This document shows positions 27,427-37,432 of a stretch of 64,000 nt of DNA, piece by piece. Both the position numbers and the translations under genes were made by a program. Each line of letters opens with the position of its first letter. Positions within the stretch are counted from its first letter, which is position 1. The DNA comes from an uncultured Gammaproteobacteria bacterium (lineage in GTDB: Bacteria; Patescibacteriota; Microgenomatia; Daviesbacterales; UBA10151), in contig CAYMTV010000002.1 in assembly GCA_964393525.1 (NCBI GenBank), positions 23,001-87,000 of the forward strand, read 5' to 3'. The notes below the pieces were generated by a model. The model was given only the letters and a program-made list of their open reading frames with translations. It did not search any database and was not told where the DNA came from.

Positions 27427-28929
27427 TTAGGGAGGCTCTTGCCTTTCCTCAGGTTTATATTTTTGATAGTAATCGGGCTGCTCTTTTGTTAAATCAATAA
27501 TCACAAACTTAGGATTTTGTTCAATAACCGTAAATTTTTTCATTAGCCAGTTTGTTTTGGCGTCGTAATTAACAGAGATATAGTAATTTACGCCGAACCT
27601 GTTTTTTAAATCGTCAATCGGGAAAGCCACCACCGGCCAGCCCGGTCTGTTGACATGATAAAGGAAGGATGTATCTCCCTGATAAGGTGCCACGACTACA
27701 GCATCTTTTGGTAAAATCTTATCCGCGTACTCGCCGGCGATCACTATTGAGTTGTTATTAATTTGATAAAGTCCCTTTACTTCATACCATCCAAAATATA
27801 AAGTTAAAACCAAAAACAGTAAGGCCAGAGGAATGGTCCAAATTCTTGGCAGAAACTGTGGTATTCCACCAATTAATGTCGTAAAACCTCTGGCTGTAAA
27901 TATAACCAGAGCCGGAACAATTAGAGTCTGATAATAATCGTGGGTTACATTCCCTGTTGCAAAAACTATTAAGTATATAAATGATGCTAAAGCCAAAAGG
28001 TGCAAAAGCCACCCTTCTTTTACCTCAGGTTTTTTCAGAAGTCCCAGAAAAAACAGGAATGAACCGGTAACTGTTAAAATCTCTCGGCCAAAACGGTCAC
28101 CTAAAATCCATCTAAAAAATGCCGGACGAAATCTTATTCCATTCCCATTGAGTAACCAGTTTGAAGCAGGTATTCCCTCCGGATGCTGACTTATCCAAAA
28201 TCTCCAGGCAATAAACGGGATTATTGAAGGAATAAACCAAAGAGCATATCTTGATGGAATTGGAAACAATCTTCCCTCCTTTTTATAGTAAACATATATC
28301 AGAGGGAGGAGATAAAAAATGGCAGTCGGTTTTGTCAAAAATGCCAAGGTTGTAAATATTACTGCCCCAAGATAAAGCTTCATTTTATCCTCTCGGATCC
28401 AACGGTCCGTGAAGTAAAACATACCGAGGCAAAAGAATACTAAAGAAGGTTCAGGTAAGACTACCCGGGAGAAAAAAATGTTAAAAGGTAAAAGTCCAAA
28501 AAGAAAAGCCGAAAGCATGGCTGTGGCTCTCCCAAAATACCTTTTTGCAATCAAATAAACAAAAATTAGCGAGCCCAGAGAAAACAGCACCGATGTCAGC
28601 CTGGCAAATCTTATATCAACACCACCGTTTAAAAGGTATGCAAAATAAACCAGGCTGTTATATATTGGAAATTCAACCAGCCGGAAGCGTTCGGTGTTTG
28701 GGTTGGGATTTTCCGCAACCCCTGACATATCATCATACCTTGGTAAAAAAGGATTAAAGCCTTCCTTTAAGAAATTTCTTGATACCGCTGCGGTGTCTGC
28801 TTGTCTCCAGGCGTGCCAGTCAGCGACAGCACTTTCAATCTTATATAACCTGACTGCAAATGCCAAGATGACTATTAGAATCAACCAGAAATATTCAGAT
28901 TTAAGAACTTTAAAAATATAAGTAATCAT
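27427..28929 (-). CDS. GT-C fold glycosyltransferase, ArnT/PMT (GT39/GT83)-like
   Basis: Polytopic. First periplasmic loop DWHAWRQADTAAVSRNF matches the acidic DE/RxxD loop of ArnT/PMT_2. C-terminal soluble domain ~90 aa. Confidence 0.6.
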   Translation of the reverse strand: MITYIFKVLKSEYFWLILIVILAFAVRLYKIESAVADWHAWRQADTAAVSRNFLKEGFNPFLPRYDDMSGVAENPNPNTERFRLVEFPIYNSLVYFAYLLNGGVDIRFARLTSVLFSLGSLIFVYLIAKRYFGRATAMLSAFLFGLLPFNIFFSRVVLPEPSLVFFCLGMFYFTDRWIREDKMKLYLGAVIFTTLAFLTKPTAIFYLLPLIYVYYKKEGRLFPIPSRYALWFIPSIIPFIAWRFWISQHPEGIPASNWLLNGNGIRFRPAFFRWILGDRFGREILTVTGSFLFFLGLLKKPEVKEGWLLHLLALASFIYLIVFATGNVTHDYYQTLIVPALVIFTARGFTTLIGGIPQFLPRIWTIPLALLFLVLTLYFGWYEVKGLYQINNNSIVIAGEYADKILPKDAVVVAPYQGDTSFLYHVNRPGWPVVAFPIDDLKNRFGVNYYISVNYDAKTNWLMKKFTVIEQNPKFVIIDLTKEQPDYYQKYKPEERQEPP

Positions 28930-30362
28930 TCTGCATCTTTAAAATTTCTTATCACAGCCCAAGATACTCCCAGAATAAACCACAAAATACTGGCAACTTT
29001 TGAAGCCTCCAAAACATCTATAAATATACCTGTTAAAAGTACAGCAATCAAAGAACAAAGCGCACCTATGGTAAATGATTTTTCAAAGCTGATATTTTGT
29101 CTTATAAATTTAACCATACTCTTTATTATGAAAATAAATATTAGAGCTAATGCAAGTGTTCCCAAAATTCCTACTTCTCCTAAGGAGCGCAAAAAGTCAT
29201 TATCTGTGGCAATCGTGATTGAAGAGTAACCAGTTCCAAGGAATGGATTTTTATAAAACGCCCGCAGCGCCCTTGGCCACTCTACATCAAACCTAATACC
29301 AAAGGAGCGGGAAACTTCAAGTTCGGTGTAGTTTATGGGTTCTCCCGGGGCAATATCTGCCGGAACTGAAGATATCGTGGCACCGCTTTCTGTAGCTCCT
29401 TGAATTGACTCCCGCAAAATCGCAGCTTTTGAGCTTTCAGACAATTTTCTTAAGTTTGGCGGAGGACCGGCAGGTACATACTTTGGCCCTCCTCCTCCAA
29501 GTAAATTAACTGTTATTGTCGCAACCAGTCTGTGACGCAAATCAGGGACTGCTGCAACCATCCCTAAAGCCAAAATTATAAGCACCCCAACAAGAATTTT
29601 TTTCTGATTTAACCAAAGGCTTAAAGAAAGGGCTATGAGTGTTGCAACAAAAGATACCCTGGCAGCTGTAAGTCCCAGCAGTGCAAAACTCAAGATGCTT
29701 CCCAAAAAAATTGCCAGCTTGCTTTTGAAATTTTTATAGACAAAAAACAAACTTGCGGTAAATGAAAGAACAATTGACAAAAACACCGCCAAATCATAAT
29801 GGCCGGCAAATGTTGAGTTTACCCTGGCCTCGGGGGATAAAAGTAAAATCAGTCCTTTAGAAAACTCCCTGTTGGTGGTTGAAATTACAGGAAACTTTAG
29901 CCACTCCTGACCGAATCCATAAACTACTACTATTAATCCAACAATAAGTCCTGCCTTTAAGATTGTTTTTACCTGAGATAAAGATGTAATGGTGGTCGAA
30001 GCTACGACAAAAAACGTCATATACTCGATCCTTCTTAGCCAATGCAAAACTCCCAAATGCGGCGTAATTGAGTGAGTAATCAGCAGTGCAGAAATAATGG
30101 ATAAACCTCCTATTATCCAAAAAAGAATAAATGCCTGATAAATTGGCTGTTTTAAATACTCAAAAATCTTAAATTGCTTTTTGTAGACCCAAAACAGCGC
30201 AACTGCGGCAAACAGGATGTCCTCAATTCTTATCGCTACATAAGTTTTTGGGATATTTAAAAGGGGGAATTTAGGGTAGAGGGGGATAAAAATCATCAGC
30301 GCAAGCAGAAGCTTAAAAAGAGCTTTGTCGGACTTTAGAAAATTTGCAATTTTTTTAAACAT
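28926..30362 (-). CDS. O-antigen ligase / Wzy-type polymerase family membrane protein
   Basis: 12+ TM helices with a large periplasmic loop. DNDFLRSLGEVGILG resembles the Wzy_C HNxxLxxxxExGxxG motif. Confidence 0.6.
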   Translation of the reverse strand: MFKKIANFLKSDKALFKLLLALMIFIPLYPKFPLLNIPKTYVAIRIEDILFAAVALFWVYKKQFKIFEYLKQPIYQAFILFWIIGGLSIISALLITHSITPHLGVLHWLRRIEYMTFFVVASTTITSLSQVKTILKAGLIVGLIVVVYGFGQEWLKFPVISTTNREFSKGLILLLSPEARVNSTFAGHYDLAVFLSIVLSFTASLFFVYKNFKSKLAIFLGSILSFALLGLTAARVSFVATLIALSLSLWLNQKKILVGVLIILALGMVAAVPDLRHRLVATITVNLLGGGGPKYVPAGPPPNLRKLSESSKAAILRESIQGATESGATISSVPADIAPGEPINYTELEVSRSFGIRFDVEWPRALRAFYKNPFLGTGYSSITIATDNDFLRSLGEVGILGTLALALIFIFIIKSMVKFIRQNISFEKSFTIGALCSLIAVLLTGIFIDVLEASKVASILWFILGVSWAVIRNFKDAE

Positions 30363-31233
30363 TTAAAAGAACCTTTCCATAAATCAAAGCTTTTTCTTTT
30401 TTCCCGGTTAATAAGAAAGCAATTGCCCGTAAAATGATTGCAGCGTAAACAAATATTCTTACGAAAAAACCTGCGATCAATCCAAAATTTTCGTTATAAA
30501 ATCTTATCAGGCCCTGAAATTCTCCCTTCCATTGGGAGAGTCTTGGGTTTTTAGAGCTTGCTCCGCTGATGTGTTTTATCCTTACTTTAGGATTGATCAT
30601 TATTCTGTAACCTACTTTCTTTGCCCTGAAACACAAATCAACATCTTCAAAATACATAAAGTAGTTTTCATTAAAGTAGCCTATCCGATCGAGTATTTTT
30701 TTTCTTGCAAACATAAATGTTCCTCCAACCCAATCAACATCTTTGGCTTTTTGGTAATACTCATTATCAACCCTGTGGAAATTAGGAAAATTTTTAAAGT
30801 CTAAATTAAAAAGCCATGTAAAAAGGGCTACCCCAAAGGGTAAATCCCCACCGTTGGAATCAAGCCCCCCTTTTTGGTCTAACAATATACAACTGCTAAT
30901 TGCACAATCTGGATTAGCATCCATAAATTTAACCATCTCCTGTACTTCAATGCTTCCAAATTCCGTATCCGGATTTAATATTAATACATAATCATCGGTG
31001 ATTTTTTTTAAAATTTTGTTTTGACCTTTTGCAAAGCCAAGGTTTTCCCGGCTTTCTATTAATCCGACATCAGAGAATTCTTTCTTTAACATCTCAACGC
31101 TTCCATCGGAAGAGTTATTATCCAAAACCCAAATATTTAGCTTTTGTGATATTTGCTGTTTTTTTAACTGCTTTAGGCAATTTTTCAAAAAATCTTTGGT
31201 ATTAAACTCGACAATCGATACTCCAACCGGCAT
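30355..31233 (-). CDS. GT2-family glycosyltransferase
   Basis: VSIVEFNTKDFL...VLDNNSSDGS; FEDVDLCFR. Confidence 0.8.
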   Translation of the reverse strand: MPVGVSIVEFNTKDFLKNCLKQLKKQQISQKLNIWVLDNNSSDGSVEMLKKEFSDVGLIESRENLGFAKGQNKILKKITDDYVLILNPDTEFGSIEVQEMVKFMDANPDCAISSCILLDQKGGLDSNGGDLPFGVALFTWLFNLDFKNFPNFHRVDNEYYQKAKDVDWVGGTFMFARKKILDRIGYFNENYFMYFEDVDLCFRAKKVGYRIMINPKVRIKHISGASSKNPRLSQWKGEFQGLIRFYNENFGLIAGFFVRIFVYAAIILRAIAFLLTGKKEKALIYGKVLLNV

Positions 31234-31802
31234 TAATATTCCCTCCAGGATTTAATAAACAATTTATAGAGGGCTATCCCTGTCATCCAAATTCCAACAT
31301 AAACAATTATCCTGGCAAAGGGAGAAGAGGGGTAATATCTTAAGGTTGTTTTTGAATTGTAAAATACTCCGTCTATGTGGATAGTATCGCTGTAAAAACT
31401 GTGAGGAATATGTTGGAGATCATTTAAAACTTTTATGTCAAGTCCGCCGACAAAAATAGAATCTCTTAGTGGATACGTATATTCCTCAAGGAAAGTGGTT
31501 TTTAGCTGGTCTCTGATATAAGTATAAGCGTATTCTGGCGGATGATTTAACTTAATAGCAGGAATAAAGAAAGGCCAAAAATTACTTAACTGGTAGTGTC
31601 TTTTATAAAGACTAGTTATTTCTTCGCGCCTCCAAAAAGAATAATAGGCTGAAACATTTGGAATTTGGATAGTATCACCCTCCTCATTTGACTTTAAAGA
31701 ATCCGGTATAGGAGGAAAATTATCAATTGAAGTGGGTCCTGGATATAAGATATAGATGAAACCAACAATAAATATCAGCCTTAATATGATTTTTCTTACC
31801 AT
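31233..31802 (-). CDS. Hypothetical membrane-anchored protein
   Basis: N-terminal TM (IILRLIFIVGFIYILY) and ~160 aa extracytoplasmic region. No recognised motif. Confidence 0.4.
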   Translation of the reverse strand: MVRKIILRLIFIVGFIYILYPGPTSIDNFPPIPDSLKSNEEGDTIQIPNVSAYYSFWRREEITSLYKRHYQLSNFWPFFIPAIKLNHPPEYAYTYIRDQLKTTFLEEYTYPLRDSIFVGGLDIKVLNDLQHIPHSFYSDTIHIDGVFYNSKTTLRYYPSSPFARIIVYVGIWMTGIALYKLFIKSWREY

Positions 31803-31874
31803 TATTGAAAAAGTCTAGCTCTTCCCAATTTATAATTAGGATTTTTACTTTTGCGTGGCAAAAGAAGAATCCAA

Positions 31875-32525
31875 CTATTGGAATAGACGAGCTCTACCTA
31901 GTTTATAAGTAGGATTCTTATTATTTCTTTCACCAATCACTTTCGCCGGGACTCCACCAACTATCTTAAAGTTTTCTACATCTTTTGTGACAACCGCTCC
32001 TGCGCCAACAACTGCACCTTTGCCAATTTTAACTCCGGGCAAAATTATCACTTTGGGGCCGATAAAAACATAATCACCAATTTCAACCGGAGCGGTTATC
32101 GGATGAAAATCTTCCGAGTGGATATCGTGCTCGGAATTATAAATCATTACATCTGAGGCAATATCAACATAGTTACCAATTGTCAATTTATCTCTTCCAT
32201 CCAAAAAAGCATTCTGTCCGATAATGCTTCCCTCACCAATTGAGATATTTGAAGGGTAAAAAAATTGCGTTCCCATGTGAATGTGAGCACCCTTTCCAAT
32301 TTGGACTCCATCCAGTGTGTAAAATATCCACCTAGCCCAAAAAATTGGTATAAATCCAATAAGTCTTAAGATAAACAGCTCAATATCCAAAAGATAGTTA
32401 TAAAACCTGTTAAAAACCTTGATAATGGCCTGACTAAACTTTAACTCTTTTCCTCCTTTGTCTTTGAAGACAATTTTTGGAATAAAGTTATTGAAGCTTA
32501 ACGATACGTTTTCCGAAAAAAACAT
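31875..32525 (-). CDS. Left-handed beta-helix (hexapeptide repeat) sugar O-/N-acetyltransferase
   Basis: Tandem hexapeptide repeats (IGKGAHIHMGTQ...IGEGSIIGQNAFL...IGNYVDIASDVMI...IGDYVFIGPKVIILPGVKIGKGAVVGAGAVV). Confidence 0.8.
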   Translation of the reverse strand: MFFSENVSLSFNNFIPKIVFKDKGGKELKFSQAIIKVFNRFYNYLLDIELFILRLIGFIPIFWARWIFYTLDGVQIGKGAHIHMGTQFFYPSNISIGEGSIIGQNAFLDGRDKLTIGNYVDIASDVMIYNSEHDIHSEDFHPITAPVEIGDYVFIGPKVIILPGVKIGKGAVVGAGAVVTKDVENFKIVGGVPAKVIGERNNKNPTYKLGRARLFQ

Positions 32526-32565
32526 TATATATAGTTTACCCCTCTAACCAATTATAAGGCAAGGA

Positions 32566-33453
32566 TCATGGAAGATTCTTGAATTTATTTAATATTTCCT
32601 CATCGCTTAAAACCATTTCTTTTTTTTCTTTAGCTCGGGCTTCTGAGATTTTTGGATATTTATTTAATGCGCTAATAAAAGTAAGCCAGTAACTAGGGTT
32701 TAAAAACAGTTTTCTTAAAAGGGCTATCAGATGTTTATTTATCATATTTTTACTGGTGATATTTTTCCAGATAAACAAAAGCTGATTTCTTTGAGCTATT
32801 TTTGAGATATACTCTTTCGAAAAATTCTGCGCTATAACTCCCGGATGCCTGTAATGTTCAACTTGGGCTTTAGGTTCCCAAAGGTTAATATATCCTCTTT
32901 TAACAGCCCGATAGCCCAAATCTACATCTTCCTCATAAAACGGATTAAATACTTCATCCAGTCCACCTAATTTTTCCCATAAATCCTTCCGAAATATTCC
33001 ACTGCCACCGGAAGACCAAAGTGTTTCATGGGTTTCTAGCTTTTCTCCATGTTCCGCTTGAAAGTGCCAGAAGAATCCATCTGTAAAACGTGCCCATGAC
33101 CAATTTCCCTCGGTATTGCAGCTAACCGAGAAGACTTTTGGGTTGTCAAAATGGTTAATAACTTCATTTAAACAATCTTTCTTGGGTACTGCATCTGTAT
33201 TGAGAAGAAATACAAAATCTGCCCTAGCATTTTTTACTCCTACATTTACCGTGGAAGCAAACCCTTCATTCTTATTTTTTTGTATGAGTTTAATTTGAGG
33301 ATATCTAGTTTGCAAAAAATTAACACTATCATCTGTTGATTTATCATCAACAACAATTACCTCATCCACTCCTTCAACCTCTAAAACCTGTGGCAAGTTT
33401 TTTTCAAGCTTATCCTTCCCATTCCAGTTTGGGATTACTATTGATGCATTCAT
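32566..33453 (-). CDS. GT2-family glycosyltransferase
   Basis: ASIVIPNWNGKDKL...VVDDKSTDDS; YEEDVDLGYR. Confidence 0.8.
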   Translation of the reverse strand: MNASIVIPNWNGKDKLEKNLPQVLEVEGVDEVIVVDDKSTDDSVNFLQTRYPQIKLIQKNKNEGFASTVNVGVKNARADFVFLLNTDAVPKKDCLNEVINHFDNPKVFSVSCNTEGNWSWARFTDGFFWHFQAEHGEKLETHETLWSSGGSGIFRKDLWEKLGGLDEVFNPFYEEDVDLGYRAVKRGYINLWEPKAQVEHYRHPGVIAQNFSKEYISKIAQRNQLLFIWKNITSKNMINKHLIALLRKLFLNPSYWLTFISALNKYPKISEARAKEKKEMVLSDEEILNKFKNLP

Positions 33454-34565
33454 ACTGACTTAAGCACTTGAATTACCTCCTTGGCCATTTTTTTGAAAGA
33501 GAACTTTTTCGCCCTTTCTAAACCTAACTTTGATAATTTATCTCTAAGTTTTTTATCCGTTGATATGGTTCGGATTGCCTGCTCTATTTGGTCTGCCGAG
33601 TCGGGATTTACCAGTAGACCAGCGTTTCCAATAACCTCAGGCAGGGATGAAACGTTAGATGCAATGACCGGAGTTCCACAGGCCATAGCTTCAATAACAG
33701 GTATTCCAAAACCCTCCCATAAAGAAGGCAATATGAAAGCTTCTGCGCCATTTATTAAGTAAGGCATCTTGCTGTCTGGGACAAAGCCTGTAAAAACAAC
33801 CTTTTCTTCTATCCCGAGCTCTTTTGGCCTACTTAAAATTTCATCATACATCCAACCTTCTTTCCCATCTCCTTTGGCTTTGCCTACTATTACCAGTTTT
33901 AAGTTCTCAATATTCTTGAAAGACTCTATCAATTTTATAATATTTTTTTTTGGTTGGACTGTCCCTATGAAAATAATATACTTTCCCTCAATTCCATAGC
34001 TTCTCTTAACTTGATTAACCTCATCTGAATCATTAATTGGCATATAAATTGAATTGTCATATCCTGGGTAAGCCACGGTTATCTTTTCCTTGGGAATTTT
34101 GTAGTTTTTTAGTAAGTCTTTTTTTGTAGAATTTGAAATTGTAATTATGTGTGATGAATTTAATATAGAATATTTCGTCCAGTTTATGAGCTTATACAAA
34201 TCTTTTTTTTGAAAAGTTTGCGGAAAATGTAAAAAAGCCAGATCAAAAATTGTGCAAACTCTCTTAATATTCGTTATGTTAGGGATATAATGCGTAGGTG
34301 AAAAGAAAACATGAGGTTTATTCTTAGTAAACTTAATTTTTAAGGGTAAGGCGAGTCTGGTCCAGAAAAATTTTGGTTTTAGAACTTCATACTTAAACCC
34401 TTCTCTTGGAGCAGGCATGTCTAAAACGGGTTTATCCGGCAAAAACACCGTATAATCGTTTTCCAAATCATTCGCCTCAAAGGTTCGAATTAGTTCATAA
34501 GCTATTTGGCCTGATCCAAGCCTTTGAGAAACATTTGCTTCATATCCATCGACCCAAATATTCAT
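33450..34565 (-). CDS. GT4-family glycosyltransferase
   Basis: WEGFGIPVIEAMACGTPVIASNVSSLPEVIGNAGLLVNP. Confidence 0.85.
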   Translation of the reverse strand: MNIWVDGYEANVSQRLGSGQIAYELIRTFEANDLENDYTVFLPDKPVLDMPAPREGFKYEVLKPKFFWTRLALPLKIKFTKNKPHVFFSPTHYIPNITNIKRVCTIFDLAFLHFPQTFQKKDLYKLINWTKYSILNSSHIITISNSTKKDLLKNYKIPKEKITVAYPGYDNSIYMPINDSDEVNQVKRSYGIEGKYIIFIGTVQPKKNIIKLIESFKNIENLKLVIVGKAKGDGKEGWMYDEILSRPKELGIEEKVVFTGFVPDSKMPYLINGAEAFILPSLWEGFGIPVIEAMACGTPVIASNVSSLPEVIGNAGLLVNPDSADQIEQAIRTISTDKKLRDKLSKLGLERAKKFSFKKMAKEVIQVLKSV

Positions 34566-35566
34566 TTTATTAAACTCCTGTACAAGCTGGCAGTTTCTTC
34601 AGCGCATTTTTCCCAACTAAAGAACTTAGCACGTTCCTCCCCTTTTTTTATTACAAAATCTTTTTCGCTTATAGCCTCTTCTATTCCTTTTTTAATTTGG
34701 CTCAGATCTGTGGGATCTACAATTATTGCCGCGTCTCCCGCAATCTCAGGCATTGATGAAACATTGGAGGTAACCACCGGACATCTGCAAGCCATTGCTT
34801 CAATTATTGGCAAACCAAAACCTTCATATAAAGTTGTATAGACTAAGCAATCGGCAGAAGAATATAATAGTGGCGTGTCATCTGCCGGAATGTAGGGTAA
34901 ATCTTCACCCATTATCACTAAATTATAACCATCAGATGCTTGTTTGATCCTTCTTAAATTTTTTCTTTCTCCGATTCCCCCTATTGCTAAAATAAAATGT
35001 TCCGGTAAGCTATATTTTTTCTTAAACTCAAAAACTTTGCGCTCGGGTTGAGGTTTATATATCTCTGAGACCCCCTCATAGATTATTACAATCTTTTCCC
35101 CAGGAATATTGGAAACTGACATTAAATCTTTTTTAGTACTTTCTGAAACTGCTATTACCATATCGATTTCTTTTTCTACTATTTTTAACCTTGTTTTATG
35201 AACTTCGGAAATTTTGGGATGAGACCAGTTTGGGAATTTTATTGGTACAAGGTCGTGATAGGTTGTTACTTTTTTTGCTTTGGTTTTTGGTTGAGTTCAT
35301 TCGGAGCTGTGGAAAATATCATTATTGCCAACAAATGATCCTATTGGAAATTTGCGGTATTTGTTAAACAGAATTTCAAGCAGTGTCGGCGGCATTGGAA
35401 ATTTTGCCACATTTTTAAGACTTCCTTTGTATGGCTTTCGGAGGGACGAATAAAAGAATTTCATTTGAAAATCCCTAATCCTTGACAGTTGTTCTGCAAG
35501 TTTATCGGTGTATACACCTACTCCCCCGCCATGGGCACTTTGTGAGATGTCAAATCCTACTACCAT
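34562..35566 (-). pseudogene. GT4-family glycosyltransferase interrupted by one in-frame TGA (at 35297-35299). The N-terminal fragment is 35297-35566 and the C-terminal fragment 34562-35161, in the same frame.
   Basis: Reading through the TGA by hand gives a continuous GT4 protein: ...NNDIFHSSE*TQPKTKAKKVTTYHDLVPIKFPNWSHPKISEV...EGFGLPIIEAMACRCPVVTSNVSSMPEIAGDAAIIVDP. There is no frameshift, only this single stop. Confidence 0.55.
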
Positions 35567-35587
35567 ATTGTTAATTGTATCAAAGCG

Positions 35588-37432
35588 TTAGACTATTGGC
35601 TTAATATGCATTGGATCTGCCAAAAAAATTGATGTTAAATGCCAAATGTATAGCAAAATAAAAAACCCAACTAATACATTTCTTAATCTTTTGGGAAGCT
35701 TCATTAAAACAATTGCAAAAATAGCCCCAAGTATAATATGTATGGCAGGATACAAAATCACACTGAAAAACATACTATCAAACAACTTTGCCGGATTTAA
35801 CCTTAAGAAAGCTGCTGCCTGAAAAGAGGGAAAATCCTGATTTACAAATATTATTTTTAGTGGCTTTTCAAAAGCGATTCCTATAAATCTTAATGCATCA
35901 ATGGCAAACCCAAAGTAATAAATATTTGATAACTGAATATACCGTAAAGATTGAATTACAGGATCCAACCCAAATGACAACGGTATAAACCAAACAGTAA
36001 ATCTCCTAAATTTAATTGTAATCAAGATTATCGTTAATAGACTTGTTAAAAACAGAATTATTTTAAAAAGAATAGGAAAAGGAAGCTGTGGTCCAAAGAA
36101 AACTGTCCACCCATATAAGTTAAAAGACCTAAAAATTAGTCCAAATGAGGCAAAAGCAAACATTACACCCAAAAACCATAACAAAAATCTTTTTTTAATA
36201 ACCGCATAAGCAAAAGTTAACACCAAAATCAAAATAAAAATAAAATTATAATCTTCGGTATTTTTCTGTTGGAGTTTTAGAGGCAGTCTCCGGTCCAGGA
36301 AATTGCTTTTATCAGGCAAAAAATAATCACTAAAGGATATATTCTGCTCATAGTTTATGAATTCTTTATGAAAAATGCTTTTACGAAGATTTGGATTTAG
36401 TTCCCAAACAGCCTCATTAAGTTGAATTTTTGCCGTCTTTGGAAAGTCCTGAAAAATTCCTTTATACTCATCATAAAATTTTGATAAGGTAACTGCTTTT
36501 AAATTACTGATTTCCTTTAATGATTCAAGCTGTTTTGCATATTCACCTATATAGCCTACACTTTCAATTCCTGTTTCCAAACCCACTGTTATTTGACCTA
36601 TTTTATTTTCACAACTTAAATAAGAATTAACCAGTCGCAAGAAGTAACCTGTATCCTTGCCTTGTCTTATATAATCATTTGCCTGGAGAGAGTAATTTGA
36701 AAACTTGGGTCCATCCCCATAAGCTAAAAAAGAATCTCTTTGCGCCCATTGAAGAATTACAACGTCTTGCTTGACCTTCAAGTTACTGACAGGAGTCAAG
36801 ATGTTTGCTCTAGATGGATAGTATGGCACTCCCCACCACTGCCCCCAGACACCGTAATTATCGGTTGTCTTCTGATCGGCTACAATCATAGCCGCTTTAA
36901 TACCAAACTTTTCTTTTAAATAATTAAGGGAATACGAATCTATCCACCAGGCCCCGACAGATTTCGGAAAATATCCAAACTTATCTTTAAACTCTCTAAA
37001 TAACTCATCAATTAACTTCTTTCTTTCCGATTGCGTATAACCGGAAAGAAAAACAGCCTGCGGATAAAACCAGGCAACATCCTGCGGATAAATCACCCGC
37101 CCTTTTTCCGCCAAGTTTTTTGAAATTTCAAGAAAGACCCCTATTTCCTGTTTGTTGTTAAAAGTTTTGATTTTTGACAAAAGGGCTGCATCATTTAGCG
37201 TATCATATTGAACAAGCCAGGTTGCTTGGAAGTTGTATTTACTAATTAAATCGTACTGATCACTAATCGGTTTGAGGCTTTTATCAGTCCAGAGATCCCT
37301 CCCCCTAACCGGATTTACCAAGGTAAGGTATCTGTTAGGGCAACTAATATTTTCTTGTGCTTTAACAGTCGAAGAATTGACTAAAAGGACTACAGTAATA
37401 AATATTGTGAGAAGTTTATTGCGCTTTTGCAT
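35588..37432 (-). CDS. Hypothetical protein: signal peptide, ~380 aa extracytoplasmic domain, then a C-terminal 6-8 TM domain
   Basis: The N-terminus MQKRNKLLTIFITVVLLVNSSTVKAQE looks like a signal peptide. The Trp/Tyr-rich extracellular domain (GVWGQWWGVPYYP) suggests carbohydrate binding or processing. Hydrophobic C-terminal third. Confidence 0.45.
   Translation of the reverse strand: MQKRNKLLTIFITVVLLVNSSTVKAQENISCPNRYLTLVNPVRGRDLWTDKSLKPISDQYDLISKYNFQATWLVQYDTLNDAALLSKIKTFNNKQEIGVFLEISKNLAEKGRVIYPQDVAWFYPQAVFLSGYTQSERKKLIDELFREFKDKFGYFPKSVGAWWIDSYSLNYLKEKFGIKAAMIVADQKTTDNYGVWGQWWGVPYYPSRANILTPVSNLKVKQDVVILQWAQRDSFLAYGDGPKFSNYSLQANDYIRQGKDTGYFLRLVNSYLSCENKIGQITVGLETGIESVGYIGEYAKQLESLKEISNLKAVTLSKFYDEYKGIFQDFPKTAKIQLNEAVWELNPNLRKSIFHKEFINYEQNISFSDYFLPDKSNFLDRRLPLKLQQKNTEDYNFIFILILVLTFAYAVIKKRFLLWFLGVMFAFASFGLIFRSFNLYGWTVFFGPQLPFPILFKIILFLTSLLTIILITIKFRRFTVWFIPLSFGLDPVIQSLRYIQLSNIYYFGFAIDALRFIGIAFEKPLKIIFVNQDFPSFQAAAFLRLNPAKLFDSMFFSVILYPAIHIILGAIFAIVLMKLPKRLRNVLVGFFILLYIWHLTSIFLADPMHIKPIV

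Noticed and set aside
34562-35566. Hypothesis that the in-frame TGA reflects genome-wide UGA recoding (genetic code 25 or 4)
   Set aside because: mraZ, ftsQ, ftsW and ftsI all terminate naturally at TGA, with the next gene or an intergenic region following. The standard bacterial code therefore applies, and pseudogene or local read-through remain the explanations.
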